Virus record (IMG/VR): IMGVR_UViG_3300006735_000013
Location: 64,001 to 128,000 of that record
DNA length: 64,000 nt
Direction: 5' to 3' (one strand)
Source of the DNA: a virus
Part shown: one piece after another, positions 47,101-56,008 of the stretch
Position numbering within the stretch: the stretch's first letter is position 1
How the letters are laid out: each line of letters begins with the position of its first letter
The notes under the pieces: generated by a model
What the model saw: the letters and a program-made list of their open reading frames with translations, nothing else
Database searches by the model: none
What the model was told of the DNA's origin: nothing
Made by a program: the position numbers and the translations under genes

Positions 47101-50100
47101 CTATATGCTCACATGAGCAAAACCTTCTTTTCTTTCGATGTTTATCTGCATGTCGACACAATCCTTTAGGCTGTCTAAGTGTGAAATGAGGATCACCGTC
47201 TTAAAATACCCCTTTATCATGTCGAGAATTCGAACAAACCCTTCCATATTCTCTTCATCTAGTGCCGTGCCCGGCTCGTCTAATATAAATAGATCAGACT
47301 TCGGTAAATTTGAAACAGTCAAGAATGCTAAGCGGATGGCCATTGAGGCTATAGTTTTTTCAGCTCCTGAACCCATTTCCAAAGGTCTTGGTTCATGCTT
47401 TGCATGTTTGATAAATATGTCCAGCTTGTCTTCACTGTTCTGAATGAAAACTTCAAAGTCTACAATATTTGTAAGTATCTTAGCTATTTCTTGATTTATA
47501 TGAGGTAACCTTCGCTTGATTACCTCATATGACACACCATTAGGATGGCAACAAGTCATCAGCAGGTGGTAGGCTGCAAAGTTTTGTTCTAGATCTTTCT
47601 TTTCTTTTAGCTGAGATTTGGTATGTTTTAGTTTTTGTTCTAGCGATCCGTGTCTCTGGTGTAGTTTCATGATCTTGTTTTCACACCCTTCTATTGAAAC
47701 CTCCTTCTCTCTAACTGCATTTTGCATCTGCTTTAGTTGAGAAAGTAATTGCTTCAAGTTTTCTATCGCTTCCTTATTCTGGTTGTATTCCTCGCTTTTA
47801 TTCTTCAAGTTTTCGAGCTCGACTTGTTCCCGGAACAGCAGGGCGTCAGCTCGTTCAACAACAATCTTGGACGTAGCTATTGCTGTAGCAATATCGCCCT
47901 TCTTTTGCACCAGCATATCGTATTTGTTTAAGTGATCTTCTACAATGCCGGGGTTCAAGTCTCTAATTTGTAGACCTATGTTGTTGGTGGATACAGCATT
48001 CTCCTTCATCCTACTATCATATATCTGAATCAATTCACCAGCTTTGTGAGCATCCTTAATAAATTTACAAGATGGGTATTTGCTACCACAGGGAACTTCA
48101 GACAACAGATCATGCCTCCTACTATACCTTGTTTTTTCATCTGAAAAGCCAGCCATCTCCTTTATCAGCTCACTCAATTCACTTTTTTTATTATCTAAAA
48201 TAATCTTCTTTTCCCTATAGGAAGATACCTCAAAACTATCCAAAAAGTCACTAATCTTTACAAATCTAACTTCATCTTCCTCTACTTGTCTCTGAGTTTT
48301 CAGCCTATTTGCATTGGCTTCTAGTATGATTCTTTCTTTTCTGTCAATTTCCTGCTGTGTCAACACCGGATCAATGATCTCGGCCGGTACAGAGTCTATC
48401 TTTTCCGATAGTTGTTTTAAGCTTGTTGACAAATCTTGCAAATCTTCTCTCATGCACTTACATTCTGCCTTGTGTGTTTCAATGCCTAGTTCGCTTTTTG
48501 TGATGTCTAACTTGATCGATTTGATCTCTTTTTCAAAATCAGTGCCTTCGAGTCGTTTCAAGGCAACTTTTGTTGCTGCCGACTCCTCTTTTGCTATTTT
48601 GAATTTTTTATCAAAAATTTCCAAATCTAAAAACTTAGCTAAGAATTCTTTTCTCTTTGTTGATCCCTCATTGATGAAAGATAGAGAATCTATTTGGCTT
48701 GCCATTGAGGTAGCTAAAAAATCACCAAGTGTGCCGAAATACTTTCTAACATTTCTATCCGTATCCTGCCTTGATGTTCCGTTCAATTCCACAACAGTAC
48801 CTGACATGTCTTTGCTATAAAATTCAAGATCAGTACTTGCTTCGAGTGTTTCTACACCTTTTAATCTTTTCTTATATTTTTCTGATGTTCTCTCTACCAC
48901 ATATTCTGTGTCATCTATTTTTATAGTTGCAGTGGCTTTACATAGAGGCATGTTCTGGTTTATGATATTTAGGTTTTTACGAATAGATTTACTAGTTGAG
49001 TTATACATAGAATACAGAAGTGTGTCCACAATTGATGACTTTCCGGAATAATTCTTTCCAAAAATCCCCACAATGCCTTCCAGTTTGGTAAAATCAATAG
49101 AGTTGCCCAAACCATAATTGAAAAGGCTATCCCACTCTAGACTCTGTAGGGACCAATGGACGTTCCTCATCACATCCTCGTCCTCTTCAATACGCGTGTT
49201 ATATTTCTTATTTAGATCGTATACCTTTTTCATTACCTCATCTGTAACGTCAAACTCCTTTAGGTATTCTGACATTAGATCTTCTTGGGTCTTGAGGTCT
49301 CTCAGGTCCTGTTTTTTGATTCCTTCTGGTGCTTCAACTGTTATTTGCTTGCCGGCGGCGCGGTTCAAGTAAGTTACCGACTCCGGGTTGTAGCGGTATT
49401 TTACTACATCGACGGCTTTTCTAACTTTATCAAGAGTAACATTCTCGTTCGAGACTATACGCAAACGTGCACCAGAGGGCGGTTTTGCTCTAGGTAAGTT
49501 TCCTGATTTTGTTAGCTCTAAAGTGACAAAGGGTTTGGGGTTCTCAAAAGTGATAAGTCTATTGGTAAACTTGTCCTTACTTTCAATATCCCACAATAAG
49601 TAACCCTTATCTAATGATTCGCCGAAGTTTTGCTGGACTGTTCAACCTGCATACCAAACTCTGCCTTCGGCGTCAAGTTGCTGGGTCTTGTGTATATCGC
49701 CAAGGAAAGCGAAGTCAAAACTATCAAAAATGCTAATATCATGATCCCCTCCGAGGGTCCAATTTTGGTCAGTCTTAGACTTGTCTATGGACCCGTGATA
49801 TAGTGCTATATTAATTATATCCTTATTTGTAGGTTTTACCCAGTTTTCTTCGTCAAATACTGACAGGACATTTAGACAGAAATTCTTATCTATGTTAGTC
49901 TCGCCAGCATTTCTAAGCAGTATAAGGTTAGGATTACTAATCGCCCTAACAATTGGCGATATTGCATCCTGTCTGCTATCATTCCTCAAATTGCCGTCAT
50001 GGTTTCCCAAGATAATATATGTGGGTGCAATAGCCGCCAGATTCACAAAGAATTCGCGACAAAGGTCAACAAATTCTGGTGAAATTTGAGTTTTAGTGTG

Positions 50101-50238
50101 GGCGATATCGCCGCAATGAATGATATAGTCTACTTTCTCTTCTTTTATTGATTTGTATAGTTGCTTGAATACTTCTCTATATTCAAAGTGATATTTTAGA
50201 TTCCGGATATGGGTGTCCGCAATATGAGCAAATCTCAT
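47101..50238 (-). CDS. sbcCD: SbcD-SbcC (Mre11-Rad50, gp47-gp46) fusion nuclease/ATPase, interrupted by an in-frame TGA at 49642-49644
   Basis: Phosphoesterase motifs DTH, GDIAH, GNHD, YHG, GDIH, YAG*TVQQNFGE; same frame continues to GKNYSGKSS, GSGAEK, ILDEP, ISH. Confidence 0.88.
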
Positions 50239-50267
50239 TTATCCTCCGATAATTATGTTCTGGATAT

Positions 50268-50296
50268 AGTATAGCAGTGATTGCTGAGGGTGTCAA
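50268..50296 (-). promoter_or_regulatory. strong sigma70-type promoter for sbcCD
   Basis: TTGACA-17 nt-TATACT with TG extended -10. Confidence 0.8.
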
Positions 50297-50467
50297 CTAA
50301 ATTCTTTTTAGTCCTAACTCTTCCAGTTCTACCGGTGAGAGTTTTTCTAGAATGATTTCAAACGCCATCTTTTCTGATTCGGTAAGAGCTTCGAGGTCAC
50401 CTGTTTCTGCAAGGTGGTCCATCTCTTCTTTGATGATTTCTTTTAGTCTTCTTTTTGTAATTTGCAT
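50297..50467 (-). CDS. 56-aa probable head-internal protein
   Basis: Below the track cutoff. MQITKRRLKEIIKEEMDHLAETGDLEALTESEK...; AGGAG RBS; CTATTTA motif at 50498-50504. Confidence 0.7.
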   Translation of the reverse strand: MQITKRRLKEIIKEEMDHLAETGDLEALTESEKMAFEIILEKLSPVELEELGLKRI

Positions 50468-50476
50468 TTTAGGCTC

Positions 50477-51394
50477 CTAAAAATCAAGTTTATAATGTAA
50501 ATAGTCTAAATCTGTTATAAAGTCTGCATTTTGTTTTCGAGATAAGAACTCAGTTCTCGGCATCTCAGCCAGGTCAGCATATGGCTTTACCGGGATGCTC
50601 TTACTAGCTATCCCGTATTCTCTGAGCTTCTTTGCTATCCCAAGCTCTTTTACTTTTGCATCTTCGTCTAAAGCAAGGTACACTTCGCTTTTGTTGCGAC
50701 AAATTTTTTGAAACAATTTATGGTTCTCTCGCAGGCTAGATCCAAGAATCGGAATACAATTCTTATGTCGTATTGCATCAAATGCGCCTTCGACAATTAT
50801 TATATCATCTTCCCAATCAATATTTATATCATTAAAAACGAGATCTTTGCTTGCTCTTGGGTTTTTGTATTTCATCCAGTCATCTGTATACGAGCGAGCT
50901 ACAAAATAATTCAGTTGGCCTTTTCTATTGAAAGACGGTATTATAATACGACCTTCGTATTCGCCAAAATCACAAAAGCCAATTTTCCACCTGAGAATAT
51001 CCAAGTCTGTAATGTCTCTGGAATATAAGTACTTCAAAGCTTTCTGCTTTTCACCAGTCTTAGGTCCGGTTAGCGTCTTGAACTCATCTGGTAGAGAAAC
51101 TATCTGATCTGGTGAGGTTTCCTGCTCATTGAATATAAATTCGTATTGTGCAAGGTCGATATCCTCTGCCAGGGAGGACCACTGAGCATAATAATCTGGT
51201 GCATATTTGCTTATAAGATACGATATTTTGTTGCCGGAAAAGCCACAAACCCAGCACTTAAAGGCATTTTTCTCAATATTTACAGACAGTTTTAGCTTTT
51301 CGTGCTCACACTTTGGGCATCGAAACAGCATCTCGCCGCCGGAAAGCCAATGCCGACCTAGAGCCCTACTAAGAATTTCCCTCTTCTCTGACAA
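50477..51394 (-). CDS. dnaG: DNA primase (Zn finger + TOPRIM)
   Basis: CPKC...FKCWVC, YLYSR, RIIIP, KYKNP, IVEGAFDA, LALDEDA. Confidence 0.9.
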   Translation of the reverse strand: MSEKREILSRALGRHWLSGGEMLFRCPKCEHEKLKLSVNIEKNAFKCWVCGFSGNKISYLISKYAPDYYAQWSSLAEDIDLAQYEFIFNEQETSPDQIVSLPDEFKTLTGPKTGEKQKALKYLYSRDITDLDILRWKIGFCDFGEYEGRIIIPSFNRKGQLNYFVARSYTDDWMKYKNPRASKDLVFNDINIDWEDDIIIVEGAFDAIRHKNCIPILGSSLRENHKLFQKICRNKSEVYLALDEDAKVKELGIAKKLREYGIASKSIPVKPYADLAEMPRTEFLSRKQNADFITDLDYLHYKLDF

Positions 51395-51923
51395 CGCTGT
51401 CTCCCGCTAAAGCTACAATAATACTATCGCACATATCTAAAACCCCTGGTTTTGGGTTTCCATGCTTTGTATATTGTATCTCAATGCTGGGGTACTTGTC
51501 AATAACAAATTCTAAAACTTTTTGCTTTGCGTTATCCCCTCGCTTGATTGACACTCCGGCGCGCTTACGTGCTGAGGTAGCAGCGATCATTTGTGGTTCT
51601 ATTTGAAAAATATCTGCACACAACCATGATACTATGCCATTAAATCGCGACAAAGTCGAGAGGGTCTGCGCAGAAGAGAAGCCTGATCTAAACGAATGCA
51701 GTGATTGTTCTATGAATATAGAGTCAAGATGGTGCCGGTCCTGAATATCTTGGAGTTTGTCACGTATGTGGCGCGCCTTATGGTATATCGATGAAAAGTG
51801 CCTCTTGTTTCTGGTGTCCCAGAAAGAAGTTTCCACTATTTTGCCATCCTGCAGCACTGTTGCGCCGGTGATAGATGTTGATATGTCAAGCCCTAGCGTT
51901 ACGCATTTCTTTGAGTTTTTCAA
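51369..51923 (-). CDS. ruvC: RuvC-like Holliday junction resolvase
   Basis: LGLDISTSITG, IFIEQ, DMCDSIIVA. Confidence 0.82.
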   Translation of the reverse strand: MKNSKKCVTLGLDISTSITGATVLQDGKIVETSFWDTRNKRHFSSIYHKARHIRDKLQDIQDRHHLDSIFIEQSLHSFRSGFSSAQTLSTLSRFNGIVSWLCADIFQIEPQMIAATSARKRAGVSIKRGDNAKQKVLEFVIDKYPSIEIQYTKHGNPKPGVLDMCDSIIVALAGDSVVREEGNS

Positions 51924-52536
51924 TATATTTATCCATTACTATTTCTCTAACCTCCTCATCTCCATGATACCAATTCCAAACAGCAGAGTTCTTTATCTCA
52001 TTTATCTTTTTCTCTAAAATGCTGTTTCTCTCTTTCATGAGCCCTATTTGCTTTTCGGTGGGCGGAGGTGGCTCAATTCCAAGCTCTTCTGCTACTTGCA
52101 CTATACCATAGTAATCATTTTTTTCAAAGCTATCTCTTGCTTTTTCAAATAAAGCCTCTTTGTACTTTCTTTCAAACTCCGAAGAGGATAGTAGCTTATC
52201 TGGGTGTGTTTTGAGTGCTATTTTCCTAAATACTTGTTTTAGATTTTGATCTTTTTCTTCTTTTTCTATCTCGATTCTCTCTCCGTCATCAGTGGGCGGT
52301 TTAATTTCAACAGGAGGGGGTGACGGTTCTTTTTTGTTTTCTTCTTGTTTGTCTTCTTTTTTTTCTTGCTTGTTTTCTTTCTTTTTTTCTGGAGCAGGAG
52401 ATGAATCTAATCGCGAACCTAGGGACTCACTAAATTCGGAAAAAGCATTTTGAAACATTGTTTCGGACTCTTCCAGAGTACTCTTCAGATATTTAGATCG
52501 TATAACGAGCAGCCTATATTTGCCCTGAGTGTCCAC
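51886..52536 (-). CDS. J-domain (DnaJ-type) co-chaperone
   Basis: LKQVFRKIALKTHPDK with intact HPD. Confidence 0.85.
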   Translation of the reverse strand: MDTQGKYRLLVIRSKYLKSTLEESETMFQNAFSEFSESLGSRLDSSPAPEKKKENKQEKKEDKQEENKKEPSPPPVEIKPPTDDGERIEIEKEEKDQNLKQVFRKIALKTHPDKLLSSSEFERKYKEALFEKARDSFEKNDYYGIVQVAEELGIEPPPPTEKQIGLMKERNSILEKKINEIKNSAVWNWYHGDEEVREIVMDKYIEKLKEMRNARA

Positions 52537-52545
52537 ATACTTCTC

Positions 52546-53745
52546 CTAAAAATCTATTCTCATCTTTATCATGAAGTCCCTGTTTGGCGTTTTCTTAATG
52601 GGGTTTGCAAGAGTGGCCACTGCAATCAAATTTTTGTTCTCGTCATATATACCAACCTTTGACACATAGGTTGTGCTAACATATGGTGCATCGAAGTTTT
52701 CAAAATCAGAATTTGTTATATTTGCAATGTTTATACTTGGCTCAATGTATGATCTAGAATTCGAAGTTGATGTGTTGTTGCTTTTTGAAAGAAAAGTTGG
52801 GTTAGACGAGAATGAATAGGCGCCCTTTTCAGCAAAAGTAAACATTGTTAGTGTGGGTATTTTGTTTGTTCCCTTGAAATTTATTTCATAACTGGAGGAT
52901 AGTACACTTTGGCTTGTAACGGAAGTCCCAACAGTTGGCAGGCCGGTGCCAAAATTTATCCAAGTAGGGTCAGTAGAGCCCACTGACGTAAAGTGATCCT
53001 TATATCCTGATCCTTGGGCCCAAGCACCAGTTAGCAGCATCATTCCCTGCTCGTAAATAACATAGCCAGCAGTGGATCCAGTTAGGGATCCTGTTGTTTC
53101 TATTAGTAGACCGTCTTTATTTGTGTCTTTTACTTGTGCCACGAGTGTGCCAGTTACATAGTAGTTTAGCTCAATCGACCCAGGGTCAAGCCTTGATCCA
53201 TAAAATATCCCGGGGACACAAATCATATTTACTTTCTTTGTCCCTAGGTCACTGTAATCAAAAGATTGTATAAACTTGTCTCTACTATTAATTACGTTCT
53301 TTAGTGCTCTAATATATTTCTTGTTATCTGCAGCAATGGTCATAGCACCAACGTCGGCAAAGCCAATACTGCTAAATTCAACCCCCTCATCAACAAAGAT
53401 TCTGCTCAAGCCGGCTTTCATTGGATAACTTTGGGTAACCTGTGCTCCAAGAGCGAACTGCGATTGATCGTCAAAGTTTCTAGTAGATATACTCCTGTTA
53501 GCATACCTAGTGGTATCCTTCTCTATAAATGAATAGACTAAGGAGTCGGCTGGTCTGTTTATATTTATCTCGTGAAGGCTTATCTCGCCATTTGAAATAT
53601 GCTTTTCTTTATTGGAAAAGTCGCCGTTTTGAAGGATTTCTAAATTTTTATAGACAGAACCGCTGTGCACAGTAAACTTATAGGCAGGCTTAGCCACCAG
53701 GGTACTGTAAATCAAATCCTGCGGGCCAAACCGTTTATAAGACAT
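52546..53745 (-). CDS. baseplate / tail-fibre attachment protein
   Basis: C-terminal YVSKVGIYDENKNLIAVATLANPIKK (DUF3751-like end). Confidence 0.6.
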   Translation of the reverse strand: MSYKRFGPQDLIYSTLVAKPAYKFTVHSGSVYKNLEILQNGDFSNKEKHISNGEISLHEININRPADSLVYSFIEKDTTRYANRSISTRNFDDQSQFALGAQVTQSYPMKAGLSRIFVDEGVEFSSIGFADVGAMTIAADNKKYIRALKNVINSRDKFIQSFDYSDLGTKKVNMICVPGIFYGSRLDPGSIELNYYVTGTLVAQVKDTNKDGLLIETTGSLTGSTAGYVIYEQGMMLLTGAWAQGSGYKDHFTSVGSTDPTWINFGTGLPTVGTSVTSQSVLSSSYEINFKGTNKIPTLTMFTFAEKGAYSFSSNPTFLSKSNNTSTSNSRSYIEPSINIANITNSDFENFDAPYVSTTYVSKVGIYDENKNLIAVATLANPIKKTPNRDFMIKMRIDF

Positions 53746-53746
53746 T

Positions 53747-54814
53747 TTAGTAGTCCAGTCTGACCCTCAAGGTCAATTCGTTGGTTGGATCCTTTCTAAG
53801 TGGTTCTGATAATTTAGCCACTGCCAGTAACTCATTGTCTGCAGAGTAAAGGCCAACAGTTGTGACATATGATCTAGGGGGATTCATGTTGTCGTTATTC
53901 TTAACTCGGACCGTACTTGAACTTAGGTAAGTTGGATTAGAGCTATAGTTGAATTCATTATGATTTGCTCTACAAAAATAAATCGTAGAATTCAACTCTG
54001 TAGTGTTATTGAATGATATGTTGTGTATTCTTCTTGTCAGGCCAGTTGCAATCCTAGAAATGGTAGAGCCGGTTGCTAACGAGTGGATATCGCCGCGCAA
54101 AGAGCCAGTCATCAAGACAGAGCCGGCTGCGGAGCCGGCCGGGCCCTGCATGACTGAGGAAGTTAATACTGCAACGCCGGCCTGATAATATATGAGGCCC
54201 AGCTTCTTTCCACTTTCCTTATCAGAAAGTATACCATATTCACCTGCTGGTGAATTTGTATAATACGTTGTTAGCGATCCAGTATCGTTTATTGTAAGTC
54301 TAGATGCGTGACCCGATGATGCCGAGTAAGCTGAACCGGTTCCAAGTATCATAGAGAAGCTTCCCTTCTTTATCTCATCCTTTACAAGAAGTCTTGAAAA
54401 ATTTATGAAGAACGCGTCACTATGCTTCGTTCCGGATGACAAATCGCCATCAGCATCAAATTCCCTAACAGATCCGGATGCGTTGAATCCTGCCAATATT
54501 TGAGCCATCTGGGAATATATATTCAATTTCTTTGTGTGATCTGTATTTGTAGAAGCTGTAGAATAAACTGCATTTGATGAATATCCATATGATACATCAA
54601 AGATGTGATTAGCTGATGAGCTTAGATGTGGATAGTCATACACCGAATTGAACATTGCATGAGAAAACGTCTTTATGTTTTCTGTGCTAGCATTATCGGT
54701 CGCAGTATAGGTCGAATGAACCATTGACCCAGTTATTGGTATAACTTCGTGAAGCAAAGTTCTAGAAGATGTCCTATCTGCTTCTGAAAATGCTTTAAAA
54801 AATGTATTGGCCAT
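53747..54814 (-). CDS. baseplate / tail-fibre attachment protein (paralogue)
   Basis: EFNYSSNPT...YVTTVGLYSADNELLAVAKLSEPLRK. Confidence 0.6.
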   Translation of the reverse strand: MANTFFKAFSEADRTSSRTLLHEVIPITGSMVHSTYTATDNASTENIKTFSHAMFNSVYDYPHLSSSANHIFDVSYGYSSNAVYSTASTNTDHTKKLNIYSQMAQILAGFNASGSVREFDADGDLSSGTKHSDAFFINFSRLLVKDEIKKGSFSMILGTGSAYSASSGHASRLTINDTGSLTTYYTNSPAGEYGILSDKESGKKLGLIYYQAGVAVLTSSVMQGPAGSAAGSVLMTGSLRGDIHSLATGSTISRIATGLTRRIHNISFNNTTELNSTIYFCRANHNEFNYSSNPTYLSSSTVRVKNNDNMNPPRSYVTTVGLYSADNELLAVAKLSEPLRKDPTNELTLRVRLDY

Positions 54815-54828
54815 TACTGTCTCCTAAG

Positions 54829-55938
54829 TTATGATTTCTTTACTATTCTGATTGGGATATCTATTGAGTATCCAGTTGTCACACCGACAATATTTATAAG
54901 CGTGTCAATATATTTGTAGCTAGATATTTCAGTACCTGTTTTGATTACAACTGCTGATGTTCCAGTGTTTCCCAGTTCGTCAAAAAGAGCTGTAGATTGC
55001 CTTACAAAGTCTGACGACCTAGGATAAAACCTCAATATCGATCCCAAAGGTCCAGGAAACGCCTCTCCTATTTCCGAAGGCGTTGATATGCTCTGATTTG
55101 AGTCTATAATACCAACGCGGCCAGGCGGTGGCGCGTTACCTTCGCCCGCGGGGCCGCGGCCGCCATTCTTCTCTACAAGCATCCGCGGATCGCCGGGGCG
55201 GCCCTCGACAAAAGTGGTGCCATCGTTCATGGCAACATAGTAGGAAGCTATACCATCATCATCAACAAACTGATTTGGCTGAGCCCTCGTAGAAGTTGGT
55301 ATTGCCCCGGGGTTTGGTGCATCATTTACTTGGTGTAATCTCAATAATCTATGATCCATTCTAATCAGAAATGCGGTTTCCATAAGGTCAGTATCTAGCA
55401 AGTGCTTGAATGACTGACCTCCTGCATCCGTGTTTATACCCTGGTCAATAGCTATATGATTTGTAGTATCTCCTGCCAGACCCGAATTGCTAACACCTCT
55501 GAGTATTCCTTGGTTAGCTTGGTCAAAAGGGGTTGCAGTTCCGTTTTGTTCAGTCCTAGTGTCAGCTAGTAATACATAGCCCGTATTAAAGCTCATCTTT
55601 CCGGCTGCGCCGTCGTGTTGTGCAGTGCCGTTGTTTAGTCTATTATTTGGTCTGAGAACCGGCATATATAGAATATTGTTTCTGCTGATTGTTATTAGCT
55701 TACTCTTCATCATAGAGGTATTGTTAGTGAATGCTTCAAGTACTGGAGTCTGCATTATCTCTAAATCATAAAATGCTGAGCCGCTAGTGTGGGCTCCGTT
55801 GAAAGAACCGTAATTTACTTCTTCATCTCCTAGGGCAAATTTTGTAATCTTAAAATTTCCTCTTGCCATTCGTTGCCGGCCGGCGTCTGTCAATACTGCG
55901 TCCAATATTATGTCGCCAGAATTGTCTAAAAATGCCAT
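54829..55938 (-). CDS. baseplate / tail-fibre attachment protein
   Basis: N-terminal DAVLTDAGRQRMARGNFKITKFALGDEEVNY (DUF3751-like start). Confidence 0.6.
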   Translation of the reverse strand: MAFLDNSGDIILDAVLTDAGRQRMARGNFKITKFALGDEEVNYGSFNGAHTSGSAFYDLEIMQTPVLEAFTNNTSMMKSKLITISRNNILYMPVLRPNNRLNNGTAQHDGAAGKMSFNTGYVLLADTRTEQNGTATPFDQANQGILRGVSNSGLAGDTTNHIAIDQGINTDAGGQSFKHLLDTDLMETAFLIRMDHRLLRLHQVNDAPNPGAIPTSTRAQPNQFVDDDGIASYYVAMNDGTTFVEGRPGDPRMLVEKNGGRGPAGEGNAPPPGRVGIIDSNQSISTPSEIGEAFPGPLGSILRFYPRSSDFVRQSTALFDELGNTGTSAVVIKTGTEISSYKYIDTLINIVGVTTGYSIDIPIRIVKKS

Positions 55939-55972
55939 AAAAGATACTCCTTTTTATATTGAAAATCAATAA

Positions 55973-55979
55973 TAAATAG
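55973..55979 (-). promoter_or_regulatory. candidate late promoter CTATTTA
   Basis: ACTATTTATT upstream of the 55938 start. Confidence 0.6.
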
Positions 55980-56008
55980 TATTTTGGAAACAATAATTCT
56001 TTTTTATT

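Noticed and set aside
47101-50238. Genome-wide stop-codon reassignment (TGA or TAG)
   Set aside because: Only one internal stop was seen; genes are full length under code 11, and TGA ends several genes in ATGA/TTGA/GTGA overlaps
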